Assembly: GCA_021613535.1 (NCBI GenBank)
Contig: CP075492.1
Coordinates: 11,470,001-11,534,000 of the forward strand
Reading direction: 5' to 3'
DNA: 64,000 nucleotides
From: Adineta vaga
Taxonomy: Eukaryota > Animalia > Rotifera
Shown here: piece by piece, positions 24,967 through 36,431 of the stretch
Layout of the letters: every line of letters starts with the position of its first letter
Numbering within the stretch: the stretch's first letter is position 1
Translations under genes and position numbers: made by a program
Notes under the pieces: generated by a model
Databases searched by the model: none
Seen by the model: only the letters and a program-made list of their open reading frames with translations
Told to the model about the DNA's origin: nothing

Positions 24967-26070
24967 ATGTTGTTTTTACGCAAACATCGTTCGTTCGGTA
25001 TTTATCTGTTTTTAATTCCCATCATACTTTTCATCAGTGTATACCTCACATATTATGATCATAAATTACCAAAGATTTTCATTAATACAATTCAACAGAA
25101 CTCCTCTCGACAAATTGTTTCAACTGATTATCTGAACGTACGATTAAATCTCACTTCAAATGCAGCAATATGTCATTCCAATGATATTCTCATTATATAC
25201 ATTCTATCAACAGCACATAATTTCGATCGACGAAATGTCATTCGTTCGACATGGGGTTCACCATTCCTTGGTACTTGTTTTGTCTTCATTCTTGGCAAAT
25301 CTCAAAGCCCAATTCAACAACGTATCGAACAGGAAAAACGAAAATATAAAGATATTGTTCAAATCGATCATGTCGAATCTTATGGTAATGTAGTTTATAA
25401 AGAAGTAGGTGCTCTACATTGGTCATCACATTTCTATCCATCGATACCATTTTTATTCAAAACAGACGATGATCTGATTGTTGATACATTATTGATTTCA
25501 TCGATAGCACAAATATTGACAAGTAATAATAAAAATAATAGTTCCTACATATCAAAACATCGCCCAATACTGATCACTGATCTTTTATCGAAAGATAGAT
25601 CAACATTATTTTGTGGTGGATGGTCTATGATGTTTCAACCTACATTACGTTCTGGAAAATTTGGTGTTAGTGAATATGTTTGGCCACATCCAACTCTTCC
25701 ATTATATTGTTCTGGTTTTGGATGGTTTATGTCCAAAGATGTTCGAAATCGACTGGTTGAAACATCCTATACGTATCCAGTAAATAAAACTGCTTGGGTG
25801 GGTGATGTCTTTGTCTCAGGATTCTTAGCAAAAGAAGCGAAAGTAAAATGTACTGGTATTGCAATTGAGTACGAACAATTATTGTCTGGAAAATGTGCAT
25901 GTTTAATGACGAAACATCCAATGTTAACTGTTTGTTCATCATTAATACATGTAACGGGTGGTGGACATGAAGCAACAGTATTTCGTGAATATGAAATGGC
26001 ATGGAAAGTTATTCAAGAACGTCATAATAGTACAAATAGGACGAATTTCACAGATATGAATGTCTGTTAA
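24967..26070 (+). CDS. GT31 beta-1,3-galactosyltransferase-like, intronless
   Basis: N-terminal TM; RRNVIRSTWG, FVFILG, E...YKDIVQ...ESY.N, FKTDDD, P.YCSG.G, GDVFVSG. Confidence 0.92.
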   Translation: MLFLRKHRSFGIYLFLIPIILFISVYLTYYDHKLPKIFINTIQQNSSRQIVSTDYLNVRLNLTSNAAICHSNDILIIYILSTAHNFDRRNVIRSTWGSPFLGTCFVFILGKSQSPIQQRIEQEKRKYKDIVQIDHVESYGNVVYKEVGALHWSSHFYPSIPFLFKTDDDLIVDTLLISSIAQILTSNNKNNSSYISKHRPILITDLLSKDRSTLFCGGWSMMFQPTLRSGKFGVSEYVWPHPTLPLYCSGFGWFMSKDVRNRLVETSYTYPVNKTAWVGDVFVSGFLAKEAKVKCTGIAIEYEQLLSGKCACLMTKHPMLTVCSSLIHVTGGGHEATVFREYEMAWKVIQERHNSTNRTNFTDMNVC

Positions 26071-28036
26071 GAGAGCGATACATTTTATTTATTGTTATTG
26101 CTTATTTGTTGATTTATCTAGATAGAAAGAATACTTTTGTTTTTTAGCTATTTGCAATCTTAAAATATGACTTTTTGAAGATGATATGATACTTCAACTT
26201 CTACTTTATAATTGGACTCTTGTATATATATATATATATATAACTCTGATAAATTTTAAAATCAGAAACACCTACACAAAAAAGAAGTTATTTTGAAGAG
26301 GAATGATGAATTCTATTCGAAAAAGTACTTTGTCCTCGTTCTTGCGTCGTCTTGGTTGCGATAATACTTATAAATGCTTCGACAATTACACTGTTTCGCT
26401 TTCACTTATTCTCTACTAACCATCTGAGAGAAAATGTTATTTTAGAGTAATTATATTTTGAATTTTTTTAAAACGATATCGTGTGATAAGCACACATTTT
26501 AACGTGAATAGTGATGAGTTCTATTGTAATCATATACAAAGAGAATTTCAATTCATTTTGATTTAATAATGGTACTCATCAGTAGGACAAAACTACAGTA
26601 TTAATATTTCTTCAATACTTAACGCAAATTCTGTTCGTTCTCTCATTATATATCTTCATCTTTACAATTTTGCTTTTGGTAAAAGTATTTTAACAACTAA
26701 TTGGCAGGGAGAGAAAAAAGAAACTATTCCAGAAGGCTTTTTCTCATCTGTTAATGCTACTCAAAGATCTTGAAAGTCAACTTTCCATACCATAACAAAA
26801 TAAATTATTTTTTTAAAGTTTTTAGTGGATGAAAAGAAATGAATGTAATCTTGAAACTGCGTTTTGAACATTTTCCATAAAATACATCAGCAGCTCATCA
26901 TCATGAAGGAAAACAATTATGTACACTGATATTCTCATAATAAAAAATTTTTCTTCCCACATAATGTTGAAAACATATGTTACCATCACCGAAGATTGCG
27001 CTTGAACCGACCATAACCAAGTATTGCTCGAAACTCCGAAACATCATTGTGAAAAAAGATAAATTTCTTTTCCATGAGAGCGGAAAAGGATGTACATATC
27101 GTCTTGAGGTATCTATTCATTTCGTCCCACCCCTCGCCATCACCCATCGTGGAAATGCATTGTTAATATGTTTTTAGAAAATAATAGTAAAATTTATTCA
27201 TAATTTTATAGAATTCTCATGCATATAATCATGCAGACATTGAACTATCGACCAGTGATGATTATTTTGATGAATGTAAAGAATCCTTTGATATGTTATT
27301 ATAGGCTATAATATCGAATTTTAAAAATATATAACAATTAAAACATCAGAAAACTCAAGATATTCTGCTGATGAAACGTTTCATTTCTTTCTTGACTTAC
27401 GATCTGTATTTATATTATTTTTTTCCAAAACAATATCAGTAAGTTCTCTACTGTTGAAATTTGTTAATGAAATATAAACCATATATTGAATGTATACATT
27501 AAAAATTGTTCTCTTTTCCGTTTCATATTTTTCTTATTCATGATTCATGATAACTTGATACAGTAGATGATACAAATTCGGAAGAATCGAATGTATCATC
27601 CTTATTTTAACTTAACACTATTTCGTCGTGACAAGGTTTTTTGAAATTTTATTCAAATTTGATGCGAAGAAAGAAAAGAATATTTAGGAACATTGTTCGA
27701 AATTCTATTCATTAAACAACATGTTCTGAAAATTGTTAACATACACAAAACGGCATTTATTAGTTACTTCTTTCTTTATTGTTTTCATTTTACTTTTTAT
27801 CAAAATATTCAAATGATTGCGTAGCAAAAAGAAACAGAAAAAACAAACTGTTCTGGCAGAGCTTTTTTCTCATCTCTTGATGTCATCGAAAAATGTAACG
27901 ACTCGTAGTTTTGAATAGAATAAAAAAACAGGTTGCGTTTCTTTTAAGTGGATAAACAAAAAAATAATGACATCTACGTAAATTACTGTGAACACTAAGT
28001 CAAGAAAACTTCACCGATTATTGATCATTCAATCAA

Positions 28037-29115
28037 ATGGTAATTTTCAAAAGATATTGTGTTTCACGTGCGTGTTTATTGTTGCTATCACTATCACTCA
28101 CTCTGATTTCATACATGATTGTGTTTCATCATAAGTCTTCAAAGAAATTTGTGAATGAACATCCAGTAAAATGTTCCAGTGATTATTTTGATCTACTGTT
28201 TGATTTTACCTGTAGTACAGCAACATGTCAGCTCGATGATGTTCTCATTATATACATTCTATCAACAGCACATAATTTCGATCGACGAAATGTCATTCGT
28301 TCGACATGGGGTTCACCATTTCTTGGTACTTGTTTTGTCTTCATTCTTGGCAAATCTCAAAGCCCAATTCAACAACGTATCGAACAGGAAAAACGAAAAT
28401 ATAAAGATATTGTTCAAATCAATCATGTCGAATCTTATGCTAATGTAGTTTATAAAGAAGTAGGTGCTCTACATTGGTCATCGCATTTCTATCCATCGAT
28501 ACCATTTTTATTCAAAACAGACGATGATCTGATTGTTGATACATTATTGATTTCATCGATAGCACAAATATTGACAAGTAATAATCAAAGAAATAGTTCC
28601 TAGTTGCAAAATATAGTTCTACATTAATTGTTCAACTTCTCGCAATGAATCATTCAACTTTATTTCATGGTGGCTGGACACACTCCAGAGATGAACTAAC
28701 ACTACCTAATGGAACATACACTATTAGTAGAAATGTTTCGCCGCGTTCGATTCTGCAACCGTTCTGTATTGGTTTGGGTTGGCTGATGTCGAAAGATGTT
28801 CGAAATCGACTTGTTGAAACATCAAAGAACTATCTAAGGACTAAAACTGCACAATCAGATAATTTCTTTCTATCAGAATTTCTAGCAAAAGAAGCAAAAG
28901 TAAAATGTACTGGTATTGCAATTGACTTCGATGAAACATCCTCGGGAAAATGTGCATGTTTAATGACGCAACGTCCAATGTTAACTGTTTGTACATCGAC
29001 ACTACACGGACACGATGAAGGAAATGAAACAGAAAAGTTGAGTGAATATAAAACCGCTTGGAAAGTTATTCGAAACCGTCATAATAATAAGCTTACAACA
29101 ATCGAAAACTGTTAG
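28037..29115 (+). pseudogene. Tandem GT31 paralogue interrupted by a 1-nt frameshift (pseudogene or base-call error)
   Basis: Two ORFs in different frames. Restoring one base at ~28602 gives SSYVAKYSSTLIVQLLAMNHSTLF, colinear with SSYISKHRPILITDLLSKDRSTLF of copy 1. Confidence 0.75.
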
Positions 29116-29333
29116 AATTTATGTATCATTTGAATGAAATAAAAGATCTTACAAACAGAATAATGTCAATGAGAATCTAAGAATTTTTTTTTGACTCGTT
29201 CTTTTTCTTTCTCTTTTTCTCTCGTTCTGTTCTTTCTTTGTGTGATTTACTTTCATTTCTTTTTTTTTCCTTGTCTTCAACGCATACTGCACATCTACTT
29301 GTTCTTGATCAACGAAGTTTCATGTGAGAAATT

Positions 29334-30338
29334 ATGATGTCGATAACTACACAAGGACGTTTTATTCTGAATTATTCACTTAATTTTGTATCAGCGATCC
29401 TATTGATTTACGTATCGAAATTTCTCTTCCGTCAATATCCTATCTCAGGATTAACATTGACTATATTCAATTGTCTATCATCATCATTGTTTGCATTTAT
29501 TGCATTACAATTTCTTCCAAAACCTTCACCGAATACTCAAACATCGTCAACCAATCGAGTTCAATCATTATCTCGTATGTTTATTATTTCCACATCATTT
29601 TCAGCATTCATCACGTTCAGCAATTTATCATTACAATACAATACTCTTGGTACCTATCAACTGATTAAACTTCAAGTGCCACCAGTGTTAATGTTAGTTG
29701 AATATATTCAATTACGATTCGAATTCAATTCTCCATTATTAACTGAAGAAAAATTTCGTCGTGATTATTCGTCATTGGTTCTCGTAGCTTTTGCTATCAT
29801 CGTTTTTGGTACTCTAGTGAATACCTATTCTGATTTACGTTTTCATGGACTAGGTATAACATTTGCCTGTTTCAGTGTCATATCTAATGCATTATATCAA
29901 GCACTTGTCCAAGGTACACAAGCATCCACAACCTATGAACGACTACGTTTTCTACAAATTCAAACATTTATCTCTGCCATTGTATTAGTTCCTGTTTGGC
30001 CATTTCTCGATGCTACTTTTCAATACAATCATATTGTATTATCACATTGGGTTCCATTGATTTTATTATTCATATGTGGCTTGCTCGCATTTTTAGTAAA
30101 TACAAGTGTTGTATGGTGTATTAAAGATGATACAGCCATTGGATATAATATGGTTGGACAATTGAAAACTTTATTAATTGTATTTCTTGGTTCAGCATTA
30201 TTTCGTGAAGTATTAACAATTCAACAAGTGATTAGCATTTTATTTACAACGATTGGTTGTGTAATATATGTGTATGTAACATATCAAAAGAAGGAACATT
30301 ATAGATATCAACAACAAATAGAACTAAATACTATCTAA
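29334..30338 (+). CDS. SLC35E3: Nucleotide-sugar transporter, SLC35E3-like (TPT/DMT family), intronless
   Basis: ~10 hydrophobic segments; FSNLSLQYNTLGTYQLIK, YNMVGQLKT. Confidence 0.8.
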   Translation: MMSITTQGRFILNYSLNFVSAILLIYVSKFLFRQYPISGLTLTIFNCLSSSLFAFIALQFLPKPSPNTQTSSTNRVQSLSRMFIISTSFSAFITFSNLSLQYNTLGTYQLIKLQVPPVLMLVEYIQLRFEFNSPLLTEEKFRRDYSSLVLVAFAIIVFGTLVNTYSDLRFHGLGITFACFSVISNALYQALVQGTQASTTYERLRFLQIQTFISAIVLVPVWPFLDATFQYNHIVLSHWVPLILLFICGLLAFLVNTSVVWCIKDDTAIGYNMVGQLKTLLIVFLGSALFREVLTIQQVISILFTTIGCVIYVYVTYQKKEHYRYQQQIELNTI

Positions 30339-30911
30339 TGAATATTCAATAAACAGAAAAAGAAAATCTTTTATGATTGAATAGAAATTGAAATATTCTT
30401 TCTTTTTCTTCTGAAAATATCAGCTACTATTCTAAAATTCTATTGCCATTCAAACACAAGCTCCTTTAGCATCCTATACGCACATTTTACAAGCAACTAA
30501 TTGATTAAATTCAGATCAGAAGAGGTTAATTTGAACAAAATAAATAAATAGACTTGTATGACTCATCGTTTTATATGTAGCGTGAATTTTGATTGGTTAA
30601 AAAAATCTCGTTTTTTTTTCTTCCTTGTTTTACCGTTTCTATATTTTAGATCAATCAAAATAGAAAAACAAACGATGCTAACTTTCTTGCTCTTACTTAT
30701 ATAATGTTGAGATAATCAAAACATTCAGATGATTGTCTATTGAACAAATTGAGATATTTTACAATTGATTATTATTACTATTATTGCATAGTTTACTTCA
30801 TTCTACAAGGTCAGAAGTATCTTATCTCACCTTTTTTTTCTTATTATTTAAATAAAACTAGAATAATAACTTTATCTTTCGATAATTTCGAATATTTCAG
30901 ATCTCTATTCC

Positions 30912-32295
30912 ATGTCTTACCAAAAAGTTCAAAATTTCAAATGTCGTTGTCCACTTATCCGTCCAGGTATATTCATTTTCTTCTTTTGATTAAATCTATT
31001 ACCTAATATCTAGGTGCCTATGGCTTAAACGAATCTCATCAGATTCCAAATACTCCATGTGATCGTTCATCAAACGACGTATTTCTTAATCAACATCTTC
31101 AATGGTATCATAATTTTGATAGTGTCTCAGCTCGAAAATTAGTTCGTGCTATTTGTAATAATGTCAATCCAAATGAGCATTTATTTACATCACATGAAAC
31201 TGTTCTAAAACAAAATGTTTCTGTGGAAAATTATAAATGTAAATGTCCATTAACACAAGATGGTGTATTTGGTTTATCTGATGAACATGATGTTACGAAT
31301 GTTCCATGTGGTATGTATGAATTCAAACGATTTTGATTTACGTCAGTTTTGAATGATTTTTAGGACGAGCTGACAAAGAAGTTCTTTGTTTTCAACATTT
31401 ACAATTTCATCATAATTTATCATCACGTGCTGCGAAAAAAATTGTTTTAGCATTAGTTTCATACACACCAAAAGTCACTCGATTATTTCATAATAATGAT
31501 CTAATTACACAATCGAAATGTGCTGTAAGAAAATTAAAAAGTAAATGTCCGCTTCTATCTCGACATATTTATGGTGAGTACAATGAAAAGGAAAACTTAT
31601 AAATTTCCAACATTATTTTGATCATTTTAGGTTTACATGAACAACATCATGTACCAAATATTCCTTGTGATCGAGCTGATCAAGATATATTTTTATTTCA
31701 TCATTTAACTTATTTTCATAAATTAGATGCAAAAGCTGCAACGAAATTAATTCGAGCATTATTAATGAATAAAGATCCTTTAGAACCAGTATTTCATCCT
31801 AGTGAAATTATTGTTGCATCAGATCAACCACGACATCATCAACAACATCACCATCAAACGAAAGTGAAACAGAAATCGAAAAAAAACAATTATTCCGAAA
31901 ATCTTATCGATTTTTCTACACATGTAAGACAATTCGAAACGATTGAATAGATGAAGATAACCGAATATAATTCTTTTAGTACCAAACACTCCTTAATGCC
32001 ATTCATACATCCAGTTTTGTACCGTCTACAAATCGAAGTACAAGTGATAGTAAGTTTCTTTTTATTCGATCAAAATTCAATGTAAAGTGTATCTTTTTAA
32101 TAGTATTAGATATGAGTATGATGCCATTGGACTGTAGTAAATGGAAACAACAATCATGTCAAGTAAGTAAATCATTATCTGAACGTTAGATTTGTTCATT
32201 ATTTCTAATCATCTCTCTTTCAGATAAGTTATCCCTATACAACAGCTGAAATGGCACATGCTCATGATCTCGAAACGGATACTTTCCTAGCATAA
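30912..32295 (+). CDS. Protein with three tandem ~77-aa C-P-L...P-C...H-L-x3-H repeats (putative zinc-binding), ~7 exons
   Basis: Spliced translation yields three aligned repeats followed by a low-complexity tail; splice phases consistent. Confidence 0.75.
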
Positions 32296-32575
32296 TTCCA
32301 TCCTTGATGTATATACCTAGAAATTTACGATTACTTTCTTTTTTCCGAGTTCAGTATCGTTTTGTTTTTTTTATTGTCAAAAAACAACAAATGCATAATA
32401 AACAATTCTGTTACAATGTCTTACAATGATGATTATGCTGATTATCATCAGAAAAATAAAAAAGTCATACATATCTATTCTTGTCATCAGATATACTATT
32501 AACATAAACGAGAAGAAAAATAAAGATTTACACACACACATACAAAACAACGATAGAAATATCCAGAATTTTTTC

Positions 32576-33764
32576 TCACATTGTCGCATCCGTATTTGAT
32601 AAATCTAAATTATCCCATAATTTAAAATCACCAAGTGCTTGAAGTTGATTGAAAAATGCTTCTTGTGTTTGAGGATCAGCTGAAGCTAATGCATCCATAA
32701 TAATGGATCGAATTGTTGTTGAGATAATGCATCATCCATTGAAAATAAATTTTCATTCAATAATGAATCATTTTCTTCTTGAGTTACCTCTAATTTTGGT
32801 GTATACGCATCCGATGATGATGCATCCGATGTATCGATATGAACAGATGAATTTGTATTCAATACACCTTTTTTCAGACGTTTACGTGGTTTATATTTAT
32901 AATCTGGATATTCTTGTACATGAAGCATTTTTAATCGTTCAGCTTCGTCAATAAATGGTCGTCGTTCACTTTCAGTAAGACGTTTCCATCGTGCACCTAA
33001 ATATTTCGATATTTCTGCATTGTGCATATCTGGCGCCAATTGTACAATTTTTCTTCGTTCAAGTTGAGAAAAAACCATAAATGCATTCATAGGTCGTTTA
33101 ATTCGATTCACACGTTTTTTTGATCGAGTTCGTGTTGCATCAGAATAGGGCGTTTGGGTCGATGGTTCGATTAGTGTTGAACCAAAATGTGATGGTGGTT
33201 GAATATTTGATGATGTTAATAGATCAACTAAGACTTTTGTTTTATTGAACACTTGTTCATTTTGATTTTCTTTATTAGCTGAAATTCAAGAAAGAAATTC
33301 AACTTAAGGTTTGCTTTCAAAGAAAAGTATTTACTATTTTGAGGAAGAGATTGTTGAGCAACATTCATAGGTGTTTCAAAAAGTTTTGTTATGCTGTTCT
33401 GTTGTGGAGTCGTATTATTTTGTACTAAAGCAAATTGATTTAAATTATTCACTAATGTTGAAAGAGTTATTGTATTATGTCCATTGATAATTGTAGGATT
33501 ATTCGTGGACAGAAGTAGACGATTAACAGTTATTGTTTGTTGTGATGATGGTTCAGTTTTTATTGGATGATTATTTAGAAATACAACAGTAGGCTTTGGA
33601 CTAGGTGAAGATTTCACAAGTGGTGTTGTTGTAATAGTACGTAGTTTTTGTAGAGATGCATCACCGATATGTAATGGATTGATTAAATTTTTACTAAGGG
33701 AAGAAGACATTTTTCCAGCCGGTATAATGATAGCACCGGATGAAGTTGTTGTTGATAAATGCAT
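32576..33764 (-). CDS. SoxC: SoxC-group HMG-box transcription factor, 2 exons; C-terminus possibly frameshifted near 32698
   Basis: TPYSDAT...[41 protein letters not shown]...[10 protein letters not shown]; intron ~33280-33333 joins the two ORFs in frame. As written the ORF stops at 32686. Confidence 0.9.
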
Positions 33765-33966
33765 ATTGATAATATTATGAACAACTAGTGGTCAATATAA
33801 ATAAAAAATTTTATTGTCATTGAATATGGCCGGCAGCGGTCATTGTATATTATGATGACGGACGGATGGAAATGTATGTTTTTCTTTTTTTCGTTCAATT
33901 TTTTGACCGATGTCTATTCCCGGAAATGACGTTGACTGTGTGCCTGTGTGTGCGTGCGCGTGTTTC

Positions 33967-33970
<4 letters not shown>

Positions 33971-34001
<31 letters not shown>
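33971..34001. repeat. (CT)n microsatellite upstream of SoxC
   Basis: About 15 CT units visible. Confidence 0.9.
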
Positions 34002-34004
<3 letters not shown>

Positions 34005-34751
34005 CTTTTTCCTAGTCATATGAATGACAAGCACAGCGGACAGACATTCTTGTTATTTCCGAAATAAGAAGAAGGAGAAAGGAAGGGAAAAGAAAGTTTA
34101 GAACGCAGGTGTCGGTCAAATAGGGAAGAGAAAAGAAACGTGTGAGAATAGTTATTCATTTATTGATGATTTGAACATCTGGCTTTGTGTTTGGTTGATC
34201 GTGATGAATATCATATTGATATAAACGAGAATAAACATGAAAGAGAGAAGAGAAGAATATCAAGATGTCCAGAAATTCATCAGAGCGAAGTTTATGACAC
34301 ATAGGAATATGTCATCAAGATATTGAAAAGATTGATCGATTAGTTGGATTTTAGAGTTACAGTGTCAATAGAGCAAAATAGATCGTTGATGATGAGAATG
34401 ATTGTTGCATAGTTTTCATTCATCGTGTGAAACAGCGAACACCTTTTTCGTTAGCACACGACGAAGAAAACTCTTGATTGCACGTATTATCTTGTCAATC
34501 TTAATTTCGTTCATCTATACCTTAAAAGAGTGGATAAATGACGATTTAATGAAACTTATGCAATGATTATGTTAGAACAAATGAGTTCGTTTCGAATCAT
34601 TAGATACATTCTTTAAAGATGATTTAATCGTTTAACCTTTCATGTATAGCATTCTTAAAAGAATTAATTGTGTGGAAAATATTTGAATTTGATATGTATT
34701 TTATCAAAATCTACTCGTTAACAAAAGAAGAAAAAACAACAAGTTTTTACT

Positions 34752-35617
34752 TTAAGCAGCTACTTTTTGTGGATTAGGCTCTTTGAGAACACGATCGAGA
34801 TATTTTTTAACTTCAGGCCAAATCTTATCACTTTCGCGTCCATGAAATTCTTGAAGAACGTCGAATTTCCTAGAATACACAAAAGAGAAGAAAAAAAGAA
34901 ATTTTAATTTCGTTTTCCTTCTCTCACAGACAAACTTACTTATAGAATTCCATAATTGGATTTGTATTTTTATCATATGTATTTAATCGATGACGAATAA
35001 CAGCAGGTTTATCATCTTCACGTTGTGACAATGGTTCACCTGTTTCATCATCTTTGCCTGGAACTTTTGGTGCACTCCATCGAAGATTATAGACACGACC
35101 ACTTGATAAATGAACCCATCTATCTTTTAATCGATTGATAATTTCATCTGCAGGAACATTCAATGCAATTACATGATCAATTTTCATATGTCGATGTAAC
35201 ATTTCAGCTTGATTCAATGTTCGTGGATAACCTTTTCCATATAAGAAAATAAGTTAAAAATCATACTAAATCTAGTTTTCAAATCAAACCATACCATCGA
35301 GTAGAAATCCTTGTTCACGAACTTTTTCAAGTTCATCAACAACAAATTTTAAGACGAGTTCATCAGGTAAGAGTATACCTTTATCAATATGTTCTTTAAT
35401 TGTCTTGCTTTCCTCTAGAAAAAGAAAATGAAATCAATCATTTTTCTTCTCTTTACAAAGAATAATTACCAGATTTTTGTTGAATATGTTGACGAAATAG
35501 ATCACCAACGACAATATACGGCATGCCATATGTTTTCACTATTCGATTAGCAATAGTACTCTTACCAGAGCCAGGAGCACCTAATATTACTAATCGACGA
35601 ACAATTTGAGAAGCCAT
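34752..35617 (-). CDS. AK3: Mitochondrial GTP:AMP phosphotransferase (adenylate kinase 3), 4 exons
   Basis: P-loop ILGAPGSGKST, LLDG|YPRT, LID RWVHLSSGRVYNL, DDETGEPLSQREDD. Confidence 0.9.
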
Positions 35618-35858
35618 TCTCTCTGTCTATCTTTCTTGAAAGATATATCTGACGAGTGACGACAACTAACTAACCAAAAGTTTTTACTATAGGAATTATG
35701 ATTGATTCGTTATTTTTTAATATTCTTTCTAAAGCGACATTGTAGAGGTCGATCTGTAACAGTATTCATTGTTCTTTGCATTATTTATTTAATTGAATTA
35801 GAAATCGAACAGAAATAATTAAAATGAGATGCTATCGATTAGTCTCGAATTGTACAGT

Positions 35859-36431
35859 TTATTGATGCGTTAGAATCCATTCGGCAAGTCGTGCACATGG
35901 TAAAAAATCTGTTGAATATGTACAAAAATCCCAAAAGAGATCATCTTGTATCAAATTATCGAGTTCAATCAATTCATTTGTTGTACTTTGTTGTTCATTT
36001 GGTGATACTAATTCTATGGTGACACTTGTCAATAGATCATCAAATATACTGTCATCTCTCTCTTCGATTGACTGATTTTTATCATCGAATTCATTCGTTT
36101 TCGATGTGTGACAAGAATAATCAATATTTCGATTCTGTTCAAGATAACGAAGTACAGCTGGATTGATTACAACACGATGATTTCCATTAATTACACTTGA
36201 TGAACTTGTTGGAATGAGATTATCATCATTTTCAGTATTAAAATCGTTTTTTTTCGGTCGACCACTTCTACTCATCGATGTAGATATCCAGTTATATTCA
36301 TCATTAGAATTGTTTAAAGTTGATGTTAGAACGGATGTTTGTATGGAAAGTGTAAGTGGTATTGGATTAGTCGATGATGGCGTTGAAAGAATTCTATTCG
36401 AATGATTTTTACTACCTTTTGGTCGTGGCAT
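35859..36431 (-). CDS. Intronless protein with two AT-hook-like motifs and an acidic C-terminus
   Basis: MPRPKGSKN and SGRPKK; acidic/hydrophobic tail (SIFDDLL, DDLFWDF). Confidence 0.6.
   Translation of the reverse strand: MPRPKGSKNHSNRILSTPSSTNPIPLTLSIQTSVLTSTLNNSNDEYNWISTSMSRSGRPKKNDFNTENDDNLIPTSSSSVINGNHRVVINPAVLRYLEQNRNIDYSCHTSKTNEFDDKNQSIEERDDSIFDDLLTSVTIELVSPNEQQSTTNELIELDNLIQDDLFWDFCTYSTDFLPCARLAEWILTHQ

Noticed and set aside
33917-33932. TTCCCGGAA (STAT-like) next to TGACGT (CRE-like) upstream of SoxC
   Set aside because: Single short motifs, not supportable without conservation data.
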